Assembly: GCA_026026165.1 (NCBI GenBank)
Contig: JAPEUD010000021.1
Span: 186,001-250,000 of the forward strand
Length of the DNA: 64,000 bases
Reading direction: 5' to 3'
DNA from: Sarea resinae
Lineage: Eukaryota
A model generated the notes under the pieces. It saw only the letters and a program-made list of their open reading frames with translations. It ran no database searches and was not told where the DNA came from. Shown one piece after another: positions 52,720 to 64,000 of the stretch. The translations under genes and the position numbers were made by a program. Each line of letters begins with the position of its first letter. Within the stretch, counting starts at the first letter, position 1.

Positions 52720-55700
52720 CATGGAAGGGTTTAGGGAGGAGAAGAAGGAGAAGAAGAAGACAGGGCAGCTATGTATCATTATCACTTTGATGAGTTGGCC
52801 GACATCCGCACTGCTTGATCCGAGTACGTGTACGTGTGAGGGCGATAGACCTCCAGACCCGAATGGGTTGGCCGTAGAAGGGAAGTTTCCACAGCTCTCT
52901 GTAGTGCTGCACCGACATACACAATGGCTGCACTCTTTGAGGGACATGGCATCACCTATCCAACTCTTTCATACTTGATGCGGTACCGCAGATGCTCTCA
53001 ATGTTTTACTATTGGATCACCGGTTCGTGCAAATTAACGTAGAAGAGAAGCACCCGGTCTCTGTTGCACTGCGGCATCCATCGGATTGGAAGCTCCTCCT
53101 TGATATATATCACCGAGCCTCTCGGCAATCCCGTACAGCCTCTTCCATCAAGTTCTGGCAACACCAGATTCTCAAGCGCGAGAAGACCTATGATGTGCTG
53201 ATTTGGGCCCCAACAGCTCCATGAAAATATGGTTCCGTTCCCAATAATTACCGGTTTCGCCCATATTAGGTCTTTTCGTGTGTCGGGTATGTCTTGCAAT
53301 CCCAGTTGTCTGAGAATAGAAACGTCTAAATGCTACTAGTCTGTTAGTACGAGAATAAAATGACTAGAAAGCCACCACTTGCACCGACAGCCTCTCTCAC
53401 AGCGAGCCAGGCTTCCGAGGTCCACGCTAGCTTTATCAATACTTTTTTCCTTTCCTCCTCGTTTTGAAGCTTGGCTGTCACTTGTGCTACAAGGCTTGCA
53501 CAAGCATCGCTCGCAACTTGCTGCGAGAGAACTCCTTCTTGAATGATGGGCATGATAATTTGGCTCTGATAGACTTAGCTGTCGCTGGATTTGTAATGAT
53601 ATCTGAAAACAAACCATCAACTTCTTCTGTGAAAAAGCTTTGAGCTTTTGCGATACACTTTGATGCCCGATAACAAAAGGTTTAGAGGGGTGGTAGTCAC
53701 ATACTGTAATAGACACACACACGCACACACGCACTCACGCCCACATGCACAGCGGCACAGCACACAGCGCACAGCGCACAGCGCACAGCGCAACGCATCC
53801 TCGCGAGGTGTCACATACCTTACTCGTACGAATTTGATACTTCGTGACGTGCCCACACGACGGATTCAACGGTCGCGGTGATCTGTCGCCCTGATTCTCT
53901 CTCTCCCTCTCTCTCACATTGCTTTTGGAGGACCTTGGAACTCGGGCTCCGACGGTGCCCACCTGCCTGCCTACCCAAGGTACTTACCTCTCTGCAGTGA
54001 GTGCAGAGATTGATCCGATCCCAACATACTACTTTACAGATGATTTGTATCCTCGGTCGGGCCCATCCGTCCATCCGCCCTTCCATCTATCCATCTACTG
54101 CGGTATCTATCCATCCACTGATCCATCATCCCATGGGCCGCGGCCTCTTTGCCGGTGGCTCCGTCCGGGCGGGCTACTCTACTGACCACCTTACCTTAGG
54201 GTATATGAGGTGCTCTTAGCTGAGGATCGATCTTAGCTTGGGTATGGATGGATGTACGGAGTAATATGTCAGGTACTTTGCATTTCATGCGCTACTACTC
54301 CGGAGTACATAGTAGAGTAGAAAAGAGTCGAGCAGACTACCTACTGTACTACTTAGTAGAGCAGAGTGTCGGCGACCAGAAAGGGTGGCGTGTGTGGACT
54401 GACCGCCAGATGGCCTTACCTCCGACAGCAAGCAAGCATACAGACAGGAATCGTTCTGAAGTACTACTGTAGTACATACTATGAGTCGCGCCAGGGGCGT
54501 GCCGGCAGCCGAGGAGCCGGTTGGGCGGTCTGACTCTTGCCCTAAGCCTACTACGAAGTACGCCTACCCATAGTAGAGTACGCCTGAGCCTACTCGTAGG
54601 TTCTCCGGATCTTTCCTCTCGCAGTACTGCTGCGTCTTCCGTTTGCGGGAGCTGGCCCTGATGATCTGAGATGATCGGACATGATCTGATGCGCCGAGCA
54701 GACGGAGAGCACCTCACATAGTCCTACCCAACCACATGACTGAAGGACTTACCGAAGTACGAAGTATGAAGTAGGAGTAGATTCTCTTCTTCCAGCTCTG
54801 CAGCTCTTCAGCCTAAAGTGCTCGCGCGACCGTCCCTCCCCTCGACCTGCCCTAGAGTAGGCCTCCCGCGTGCCGCGAAGGCGCCAGCCACCACGGATCC
54901 TTGCATCCATGGTTCCGGGCAGATTAGTACCACGTCCTGCTCATACTCTATTCGACATTACCTACGATGTAGGTAGTCCGTAGTATCGCAGTGGAGGCCT
55001 CCAGGGCTGCCTGGTTCGATCGATCGCGGGGGTGTCGGTGGTGTGTGGGAGTGTGGGGGGCCGCAGTCTGTCTGCTCGCTCGCCTCGTTGTTGTTTTCTG
55101 CTCGCCCTCGAACCGCCCTCGAATCGCCCTCCCTCGTGGACTTACCCCGGACTTGGAACCCCCATCGTCGTCCAGTCTTCAAGTCGCCCAAGGGTAAGGC
55201 TCTTGTGTTATTCTCGACCACGTCCGAAACACCGAGCCAGCGCAACACCGCAACGCCGCAGATACTCCGGGGCCTGCCACGCTGTCTCCAGGGCGGTCAC
55301 CCCCGCTGGGCATCCAACCTGCCCGTCTCTTGCTCGCCGACGGATGGCCCGACACTGCATGCACTGTCGAGTATGAAGTACGAAGTACTCCTGACAGGAC
55401 ATTGATGCTGATGATTGCAACCCCCTGCCCCCTAGCCGCCTCACCCCCCTTCCCCCCTCCAGCAACTCCATCCACCCATGTCGTGCCTCGATCGACTCGT
55501 ACCGTCGAGAAGGTGCTGCCGTCTTCCCGCATGCCATGCCACGCCCCCCATCCTGGACTCCGGAGAAAATCCATACAAATCCGGGGGGAGGCCAGGACCA
55601 AAGAGGCAATCGGTCACCCCAACGCACACTAGGTACCTGGAGGTAGAGTCGAGCCCACCAAGGTGAGATTGATTCATTTCGTGCTGGGCAGAGCTCCAGA

Positions 55701-56643
55701 GAAAGAGGAAAATATCATCTGTTGCAAGCTGGAGGTCAAGTACTACTATGTAGGTAGAACAAGGGAAGGAGCTGGGTAGATTACCTTACCTAGGTAGGTA
55801 CGTCGTACCTGGAGTCGTCGTCATGACCCTGGCTGCCCCCGACAACCACGGCCGACCCTAGGAGCGAGCTCGATAAATTCACACACCTTCGCCCATCTTT
55901 TTTCTTCTCGTCCTTTCTTTTGCTTGTTGCTGTTTCAAGACACTTGATCAAGACCCCCCATACCTACTACGCTGGTCAAACTACCTTATCAAAGCCGTAT
56001 ATATCCGCCGTGCGTTTACCTCTCTCAGATCCCATCCACGCATCCACTGTGAACGCCTCCGTTGCACTCTCTTCTCCAGGACATTCCTCAAAGATAAAGA
56101 CGATATTTGTTTCCGCTGGGAATCCTCCATTCGAATCTGACCTCGAGTCCATTGACTCGGCACTTGGAAATATCAATCTCCGACTCGACAGAGAGCCAGC
56201 TGTCAGAGCTGCTGCAAGGTACGTGAGCATGCAATCCCACGGCGTCGAGAGAAGGAAGCTGGGGAGAGACACTTGGCGGCGGCGGCCTGCTCCGGATTTC
56301 CTTATGCTTACTTTTTCTTTTCTTGCATTTAGGATAAAGAAGGTCGAATAGCACATCTTCTTCTCTTGCTCTCTAGCCGCTCGAGCATCACCTCTGCCTC
56401 TCGTTGTCGCCCCGAACCATTGCATCACGAACGCTTGAGCAACAGCATCTCAGCACCGAAGACATCTCCAGAAGTGGGAGAATATCACCATTGACCTCTC
56501 TTCAATTACCTCCACAAAACCGAGCCAACTCTCTGGATCATCAAATACTACTGTCATCTCCAATCATCCGACCCGACCAACGACAACAGCCATCACACCT
56601 CTGCCAATTTCCAGGACCCAACTACATCTCTACCACGACCAAA

Positions 56644-56913
56644 ATGTCAGCCTCATCCATGCACCTCTCCTCGCCCCGCAAGCGGCTCTCGGTCATCACA
56701 TCCACAACCTTGGGCCACGACGTCTCGCTAGCCATGGAAGCGTCGCCGCAGCCGCCGCACATCACCACCATCAACTACAAGCACCATGCCGCCAACCTAG
56801 ACGAGCAGCAGCCGCCGGCGCCACCGCCACCTTCTCCTATTGATTTCTCCGCCTCGTCGCTACACGGCTGGTGGAACGTGTCGGATCACGAGAACGCCGA
56901 GCGGATGTCGTAG
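56644..56913 (+). CDS. Candidate 89-aa micro-protein (MSASSMHLSSPRKRLSVI...PPAPPPPSPIDF..HGWW..)
   Basis: ATG in ACCAAAATG context, C-ending codon bias, upstream intron-like element (GTACGT 56219 to TTTAG 56332); no recognisable domain. Confidence 0.45.
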   Translation: MSASSMHLSSPRKRLSVITSTTLGHDVSLAMEASPQPPHITTINYKHHAANLDEQQPPAPPPPSPIDFSASSLHGWWNVSDHENAERMS

Positions 56914-57269
56914 CGTCGGAGCATGTGTGCATGGGGGCTTGGCTTTGCTTTGCTTTGCTTTGCGCCGTGGGTTGTGCGGCATGGCTGGCTGGCTGGCTGG
57001 CTGGCTGGCGTGTTCGGGTGTGATGAATGCGTGTGGGGCATGTGTCAGGGAGTTTTGTGTTTTATTTGTCTGGCTTGGGGTCTTTTTCGTTCCCTGCGTG
57101 GGGCTAGGTGCACTGCGGCGCGCGTGTCTTCTTATCTTCATCATCTCATACATGTTTGCATACTGGGAGGAGCATGGGAGCCGACTGACTGACTGAGTGA
57201 GTGTTTTCTTTGGTGGATTGTTCTATTAGATCGGGTCTCTCGCCGGGCCGGGTTGGGCTGGGCCCCGGG

Positions 57270-57601
57270 ACCACACATACGTATACACATACACATACAC
57301 ATCTATATAATAAGGAGTACACACATATACTCAGAAACGTACACATACACATACATACATACATACATACATATATACATATACAACAGATATCGACATT
57401 TAGAGAAAAACACTTACCACACATACTTACATATACTTACACATACAGATAAGGCACACAATCTACACACGGTAGATATCCAGATAGATATAGATATAGA
57501 TATAGACATCGATAGTTACACAATCTAGTCCTAGGCAGGGCATTTGAATGAACGATAGAGTAGCTGCTCTACTGGTGTTATCTGTCTGTACTAGAAGTAT
57601 A

Positions 57602-57639
<38 letters not shown>

Positions 57640-57643
57640 CAGT

Positions 57644-57675
<32 letters not shown>

Positions 57676-58219
57676 CAGCAGTAGCAGTAGGTAGTAGTAG
57701 GTAGTAGTAGGTAGTAGCAGTAGGTCGTAATAGTAAGTAATTATCTCTTCTTCTTCTCTTCTTGTCTTCTTCTCTTCTTACCTTCTTATCTTTTTTTAAT
57801 TATATCTGCTATATAGTATATAGTGCACTATACACTGTATCTAGATTCTAGAAGATTCTAGATGCTAGATGCTAGATTTAAGAGTCGAAAGTCGAAAGTC
57901 GAAAGTCGAAAGTCGAAAGTCGAAAGTAGAGGATTTAGAAGTAGAGTAGAAAAGTAGAGTAGAGTAGAAAGTAGAGTAGACTAGAGAGTAGAAAGTAGAG
58001 AAGAAAGTAGAGTAGAAAAGTAGAGAGTAGAGTAGAGAGTAGAGACTAGAGACTAGAGAGTAGAGTAGAAAGCAAAGAGTAGAGCAGAAAGCAGAAAGTA
58101 GAAAGCAGAGTAGAGAGCAGAGTTAAAAGAAGAGAAGAGAGTAGAGAAAGAGAGAGAGAAAGAGAGAGAGAAGAGAATAAGTGTGTATATATAGGTAATA
58201 GTGTGTATAAGTTCTAAGA

Positions 58220-58263
<44 letters not shown>

Positions 58264-58345
58264 ATATATATATACATATATATATGTGTGGGTGTGTATG
58301 AGAGAGAGTGTGTGTAAGAGAGAGTGTATAAGTAAGTAAGTGTAT
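57270..58345. repeat. Compound low-complexity block: (ACAT)n, (ATATAG)n, (GTA/GCA)n, (GTCGAAA)6, degenerate (GTAGA/GCAGA)n, (AG)n, (TA)n
   Basis: Tandem arrays visible at ~57345-57380, ~57483-57505, 57602-57723, 57884-57925, ~57926-58175 and ~58224-58260. Confidence 0.9.
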
Positions 58346-59056
58346 AGCTCAAAGTAGACAGGTGCAGGGGAAAAAATGTGTGTACCTTTAAGTATAAATA
58401 AAAGTCTAGGTAAAAGTGTTGGTGAGTGTAAGAGTGTAGGCGTGTAAGAGTCGGGCTACTTACTATACACGATACAGAGAAGAATATCAGAAGGGATTAT
58501 TATCAGATAGCTAGATAGAGAGATGGATTGTTTTGGTACTGTCAAAGCCCGAAGCCCGAAGCCCGAAGCCTCTTTTTGGTATTGTGATTGTGATTGTTAT
58601 TGTGGTTGTGATTGTAGCTAGCTAGTTAGCAAACACCCTCTCTCTCTCTCTTTTTCTTTTCTCTCTCTTTTCTCTCTCGGTCTCTGTCTCACCCTTTGTC
58701 TCTGTTTCTTTCTCGCTCCGTCTCGCTCGCTCGCTCGCTCCATACATAGCTAGCCAGCTCGCTAGACCTGATCCCATATGAATGATTCTAACCCTAACCT
58801 GATCCTAATCCTGATCCTAACGCCCCTTGATTTTTTTCGTGTGAAGATATCTCTCGCTGTCTTTTGGGGATCGACGGTCGGTGTCCTGTAGTAACAGTCC
58901 CCACGCCGCCGTGTCCTTGATATGGTTTCCCATCTCGGGGGACGAGGGGTGAAAGGCAGCCAAGGTAGCCCTCCCGATCGTAAAGTCCCTGCGACGTATA
59001 GTCTGCCAGATCCATGTCGAATGTGTGTCTGTGTGTCTGTGTGTTTTTTCAAATGG

Positions 59057-60097
59057 TTACATGCGAAAGGCGGGGTTCGTCATGAGTTGCTGGCGCAGCT
59101 GCATGATCTGCATTCGCTCCGCCGGCGGCAGCACGTCGATCTGGTCTTGCGTCATCGCAAGCACTTGGGCGATCAGTGCTTTTTGGTCCATTGGAACACC
59201 AGGAGGCGGAGGCGGCTGGTAGGGTGTCGCTTGCACGGGAGGAGTCGGGATGGGCTGTTGGTACTGTGGTTGGAATGCCTGCTGTTGTTGTTGCTGTTGG
59301 GCGGTCTGATAGGCTGGCATAGAGGGGGGAGGGAAGGCTTGTTGGAGTGGCTGAGGGGTGGATTGCTGTGGTGGTGGCGCGAGTTGTTGTGCGGATTGCT
59401 CGACCACCGAGGCGAGCGCGGTCGTGTCGACTAGACCCATGAGGAGCAGCGCCTGGAAGATGGCGTATGAGAGCTGCGGCGCTTGCGTCAGGAGCTCCGT
59501 CGCTTTCGCCGGGTCGCGCATCACCAGCCCTTTCATCTGCGAGAGGATGTCGAGGAGTTGCGGCGCCGGGAGCGTGGACAGCGTGCGAGAGATGGCGTCT
59601 GGGCAGCTGAGATTGGGCGGCAGGTCGATGCCCGGGGGTAGGGGCGGCAGGGGTGATGTTTGAGGCTGCTGTTGTTGTTGCTGTTGTTGCTGTGCGCCGA
59701 GCGCGCCGTTCGGGAGTTGCTGTGGTGGAGGTGGGAGCGGATTGTAGCCTGCTGGCGCGGCATCGTCGTCGCCGCCCTCGTGCGAGAAGTCGACGCGGAG
59801 CTTCCGATTCATGATCTCGTAGTCGTTGAGATTCCGCACGGCCGAGGCGGCGGCGTCCGCGTCGGAGAACTCGGCAAACCCGAAACCTTTGGGACGGCCC
59901 GTGTCTTTGTCGTACACGAGCCGGAAGCTGAGCACCTGGCCGACGGAGCTGAAGGTGTGGATGATTTGTTCTTCCGTCAGGCCTAGAGGTATGGCGAGTG
60001 GTTAATGAGGGTGATGGTGAGGAGGGATGCTGTACGACGTACCATATGGGATATTGCCAATGAAGACGACTCTGCCGGACTTATCTGGAGGGGCCAT
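59057..60097 (-). CDS. RNA15: Cleavage stimulation factor 64-kDa subunit / Rna15, 326 aa; exons 60097-60043, 59982-59057
   Basis: RRM VVFIGNIPYGLTEEQI..FRLVYDKDTGRPKGFGFAEF..AVRNLN, hinge DAISRTL..LLTQAPQLSYAIFQALLLM, C-terminal QVLAMTQDQIDVLPPAERMQIMQLR; Q/P-rich linkers. Confidence 0.95.
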
Positions 60098-60378
60098 TTT
60101 GGGCGGTGATGGTGCATGAAGACGCCAGTCATCTGCGTCTCGATGCCATTCTCGATGGTGTTGAAGCTCTCTCGCGCTCTCCGGCGATGGCCGCGTCTGA
60201 TTCGTTGCGTTGGCGAGCGACGTTAGCCGGAGTACGAGGTACTTGCCGTCGTATCCAAATCTTTGGAGCATTCCCATCTAATGATCATCATCGCCGGCAA
60301 AACGTCAACTGCATTTCCAGAAGGCGAATTCGCATCCCCATCACGCCCAACCTCCACTCTCTTTCAGCATACCGAAAC

Positions 60379-60556
60379 ATGGCGAGAGACCCGCGAGAGA
60401 CCTGGGCAAAGCTCCAGCAGACCTTGCAACAGGCCCAGCAGCAAGGCAAGCGCGGATTCGGCGGACGCAGTCCTAGGAACTTCTTCGGAGGAGCTGCCGG
60501 TCTGATCCTGTTAGGTGGAGGCGTGCTCCTTGCCAACAATGCTCTCTTCAACGGTG

Positions 60557-60601
<45 letters not shown>

Positions 60602-61548
60602 CAGGCTGGGCGTGAGGGTATCTGCGAGTTACTCGTCGACACCGAGATATTCCCTGGATGAGCGAAAAGCTGACGGTTTGCCTATCAGTTGACGGTGGTC
60701 ATCGAGCGATCAAGTATACGAGAGTAGGCGGCGTCAAGAAGGATATCTACAACGAAGGTAGCTAAAGCAAAAGCTCCCCTCATGAGCATCTACTCACTAC
60801 TCCCTAGGAACCCACATCAAGATCCCATGGTTCGAGACTCCCATAACCTACGATGTGCGAGCAAAGCCCCGTAACGTCGCCTCCCTCACCGGAACCAAGG
60901 ATCTCCAGATGGTCAACATTACCTGCCGTGTCCTTTCGCGGCCTCGCGTCGATGCTCTTCCCCAGATCTACCGAACCCTCGGCACCGACTACGATGAGAG
61001 AGTTCTACCGTCCATTGTGAACGAGGTGCTGAAGAGCGTGGTGGCGCAATTCAACGCCAGCCAGCTGATCACGCAGCGTGAGAACGTCAGCCGACTCGTC
61101 CGCGATAATCTCGTCAAGAGAGCTGCTCGATTCAACATCATGCTGGATGATGTCTCGTTGACGGTAAGTGGCTAGTAGCCCACATCCGTGAGGATCTTCG
61201 CTAATCTAGCCCTCTTAGCATCTTGCTTTCTCTCCCGAGTTCACCGCCGCCGTCGAGGCCAAGCAAGTCGCGCAGCAAGAAGCCCAACGGGCCGCCTTCG
61301 TTGTTGACAAGGCCAGACAGGAGAAGCAGGCCATGGTTGTCCGAGCACAGGGTGAGGCCCGTTCAGCCGAGCTCATCGGTGACGCCATCAAGAAGTCCAG
61401 GTCGTATGTTGACCTGCGACGGATTGAGAACGCCAGGAACATTGCGACCATTCTGCAGGAGTCTGGTGGCCGGAACAAGCTGTACCTGGACGCCAATGGG
61501 CTGGGCTTGAACGTCAACGAGATGGTGGAGAGTGTCGAAAAGAAATAG
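60379..61548 (+). CDS. PHB2: Prohibitin-2, 309 aa; exons 60379-60553, 60689-60757, 60808-61163, 61219-61548
   Basis: [84 protein letters not shown]; three GT-AG introns keep frame. Confidence 0.97.
60560..60596 (+). repeat. (CT)n microsatellite in PHB2 intron 1
   Basis: About 18 ct units starting a few bases after the GTGCGC donor. Confidence 0.93.
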
Positions 61549-62176
61549 GGAGGAGCTGTTGTTGTCTGAGCGAGGAGAAGCGGCTGAGATGAATCTCCAT
61601 TCTACTGTCATTGGGAAGAGCGTCCCTGTATTGTATTAAAATTGTAAATGCCTGGATTTGGCCCAATCGAGAATCATTCAACAGTGAGCAGATTTTCATA
61701 TCTTGCCGTGACGCATTGACCAGGAGATGGACCGCTTGGTACTGCTTGCTTGCATATGCTAGACCCTCTTGAGCAATTACTCAACCCACACCGTAGAACA
61801 ATCATATTTCCAAGCATGATGAGGGAGGACATCATCTTGTGACATCGCCGACATCGACATCAACGTCAATATATCCATTTTCTTGCGCTGCGGACAACCG
61901 TAATGTCGCATCATCCAATTCATCATTACTCACTACGGTAGCCGGTGAGCCTGCCTGAGCGCCCGCGGCCGTGCCGAATCCACCCCACCATCCCATACCC
62001 TACGTATTGCACCCTGCAAGCAAGCAAGCTGCACACCTCACGACGTATCCACCCCACCATCCACTGACTCTACCGCAATCGACACCAGCCTCGCACGCCC
62101 TCGCCCTCCTCAAACATCAAGCCTCGTCCTCTACCGATCTTATCAATCCCCTACAGCTTTCCCAAGTTTCTTCAAG

Positions 62177-63020
62177 ATGCTAATCAAGTGCGTATATCCC
62201 CCGTCAACCCTCTCGTCCCCCGCGCTTCACGGCCTCGTGATATCCTTGTCTGCTCTGCTGGGGCATCTGGCCCACGACCGCGATAGAAGCACGTGCAGAC
62301 ACGATACAGCAGGGCAGAGCTCCAACAAAGGCGAATGAGACGGAGAAGTCCAGAGCTTCGGTCATCCAGCTAGCTGTTCAGCTCAGTTCACTGATTCTCA
62401 TTTCGTCGGCACTATACAGGGTCCGAACGCTAACGGGCAAGGAGATCGAGCTGGACATTGAGCCCGAATACAAGGTTCGTCTCTTTCCCCCTCCTAGCCA
62501 CGTCTATGTCTCATGGGCGACGGAGGTGCGCATATGTGTCTGGACAGGTTGGACTGACAGTATGTGTGGCCCCGGTCTAGGTGTCGCGGATCAAAGAGCG
62601 CGTTGAGGAACTCGAGGGGATCCCGCCTGTGCAACAACGGCTCATCTACGGTGGCAAGCAAATGTGTGTCCTCCGCTCCCGTCCCTTCCACTCCACGGCC
62701 CTCCGCCTCTATCGCCTCTCTCTTTCCAACGTTCTCCTCCACTCGCTCTCTCAGCAGCTTTCACCCATGGTGAAGTATCGAAGAGCAACGCCGAGAATAG
62801 CTTGAAGACTCACTGCAGAGATGAAGAGATAGTGAGGGAATGAGGGAATTACTTTACTCCACATTGAAGCCGGGGAATCAAACGGATAGCTAACATCTTA
62901 CCTTCGGCGCTACCCTATAGGACCGATGACAAAACGGCAGAAGAATATAGCCTCGAGGGCGGCGCGACGTTGCATCTGGTCCTAGCGCTTCGAGGTGGTA
63001 GCGATAGTAATCACATATGA
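62177..63020 (+). CDS. NEDD8: Ubiquitin-like protein NEDD8/Rub1 precursor, 82 aa; exons 62177-62187, 62420-62474, 62581-62663, 62921-63020
   Basis: Spliced product [82 protein letters not shown]; Ala72 in LALRGG marks NEDD8 rather than ubiquitin. Confidence 0.96.
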
Positions 63021-64000
63021 CGAGACGGTAGCGGTGATGGTGGCAGTAGTGAAGTGGGCCCGAATGCGGGGCTGGGACGGCCGGAACGGTGCTACCGGAA
63101 GGAGGGCAGACAGAGAAATCAGGATCGAGAGAAGTGGACTAAACCGTGTCAAAGAGAGAGGACGCAAGGCGCAAGACGCAAGACGCAAGACGCAAGACCA
63201 GGGAAATGTGTCGATATTCGCATGCAATCTCAACGTTTGAAATACCAGACCTTTCTCTTCTCTTCTCCTTTTAAGAGAAGGATTCATATGAGTGGTATAG
63301 GGCGCGGCCTTTTCGTCTCATTTATTTGGCTACAACCGTGTTGGCTTGAATGCTGCCCCTGCTGCGCTTGAGAAACATTGTCAGACTGCAAGCAGAGAGG
63401 GGAGATACGATGATGCTCTGTCTAGACTGCTGTCGCTGCTGCTACTGCTGCTACTGTGGTTCTGGTAGTATATCTCCGGGTGCGTTTGCTGCTGGTAGAG
63501 GTGGTGATAGTGGTGGTAGAGGTAGTGGTGGTGGTACTACGTTATTCTCACTCAGAACAAACCGTCATCAATATCGTCATCGTCCGGGTCCTACCGTCGC
63601 CCCGGGCTATTATATTGCAGTACAGATCAACATGACGAGCGGGGCGGCAGATGGATAGAAAAGAGGAACAGCGAACTGGAGGGCAGATGCATGGATGGAT
63701 ACGATACGATACGATACGATAGGATAATAGGGCCGTGTAGAGCTTTGCCTCGATCTTACCTTGCCTTACCTTAGCTTGACCTTCTGAACCCATCCCATCT
63801 CATCACATCTTCGTTTGACCTTGCCGCACTACCTTATCCTGCACTATCCTGCCGTTTCCCGCATTTGTTTTTCTTTCGCTTTTTCTTTGTCTTCTTCGGC
63901 CGTGGTCCTATGACTTACCTTGACTTAACTTGACTTACCTCACATCAACGTAACTTGGCTTCTAATCACTTTGTCTTGTCCGAGGTTGATTTTATCCAGA

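Noticed and set aside
52721..53300. Short ORFs after the PPR gene (85, 96 and 70 aa)
   Set aside because: No recognisable domain or consistent splice structure; a relic cannot be excluded without a homology search.
57884..57925. Regular repeat that might suggest a CRISPR-like array
   Set aside because: Head-to-tail 7-mers with no spacers, in a eukaryotic genome.
57146..58352. His/Ile/Tyr/Thr- or Leu/Ser-rich ORFs
   Set aside because: Translations of simple-sequence repeats.
58788..58820. CTAACCCTAACC telomere-like sequence
   Set aside because: Only two units, merging into a degenerate CCTGAT/CCTAAT hexamer repeat; too short to call an interstitial telomere.
62664..62920. NEDD8 intron 3 as a possible snoRNA host
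   Set aside because: No convincing box C/D pair or H/ACA layout seen.
1..64000. Transposons, tRNA/rRNA genes, secondary-metabolite cluster, prokaryote-type defence system
   Set aside because: No transposase, RT or integrase motifs, terminal repeats, cloverleafs or PKS/NRPS domains seen; the very long ORFs are disordered Leashin sequence.

Overview
Intron-containing nuclear DNA from a filamentous ascomycete (Pezizomycotina), judged from GT-AG introns with CTRAC branch points and the gene content. The first 21 kb are one giant 4-exon gene (~6,950 aa) for the Woronin-body tether Leashin (Lah), which the ORF track splits into four pieces. It is followed by housekeeping genes: tyrosyl-tRNA synthetase, RNase MRP subunit Rmp1, class 2 dihydroorotate dehydrogenase (DHODH), adenylate cyclase, the inner-nuclear-membrane protein Src1/Heh1, an NmrA-like oxidoreductase, a small lysine-rich protein, NAD-specific glutamate dehydrogenase, coatomer zeta, a PPR-like protein, CstF-64/Rna15, prohibitin-2 and NEDD8/Rub1. 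A 6.3 kb gene-poor interval holds a candidate spliced micro-protein gene and a TpA-rich microsatellite block. I found no transposase, RNA gene, CRISPR array or biosynthetic cluster, and cannot claim a wholly new system. The best leads are: (1) possible Leashin isoforms (N-terminal-only by intron retention, tandem in-frame acceptors, an internal strong-context ATG for a C-terminal-only product) plus its W-x-KKKGKK repeat; (2) a DHODH with natural substitutions at three olorofim-pocket positions; (3) a NEDD8 lacking Lys33; (4) a stop-free 390-nt intron; (5) the isolated micro-ORF with a spliced leader. All exon boundaries were read by eye and frame-checked; no database search was run.
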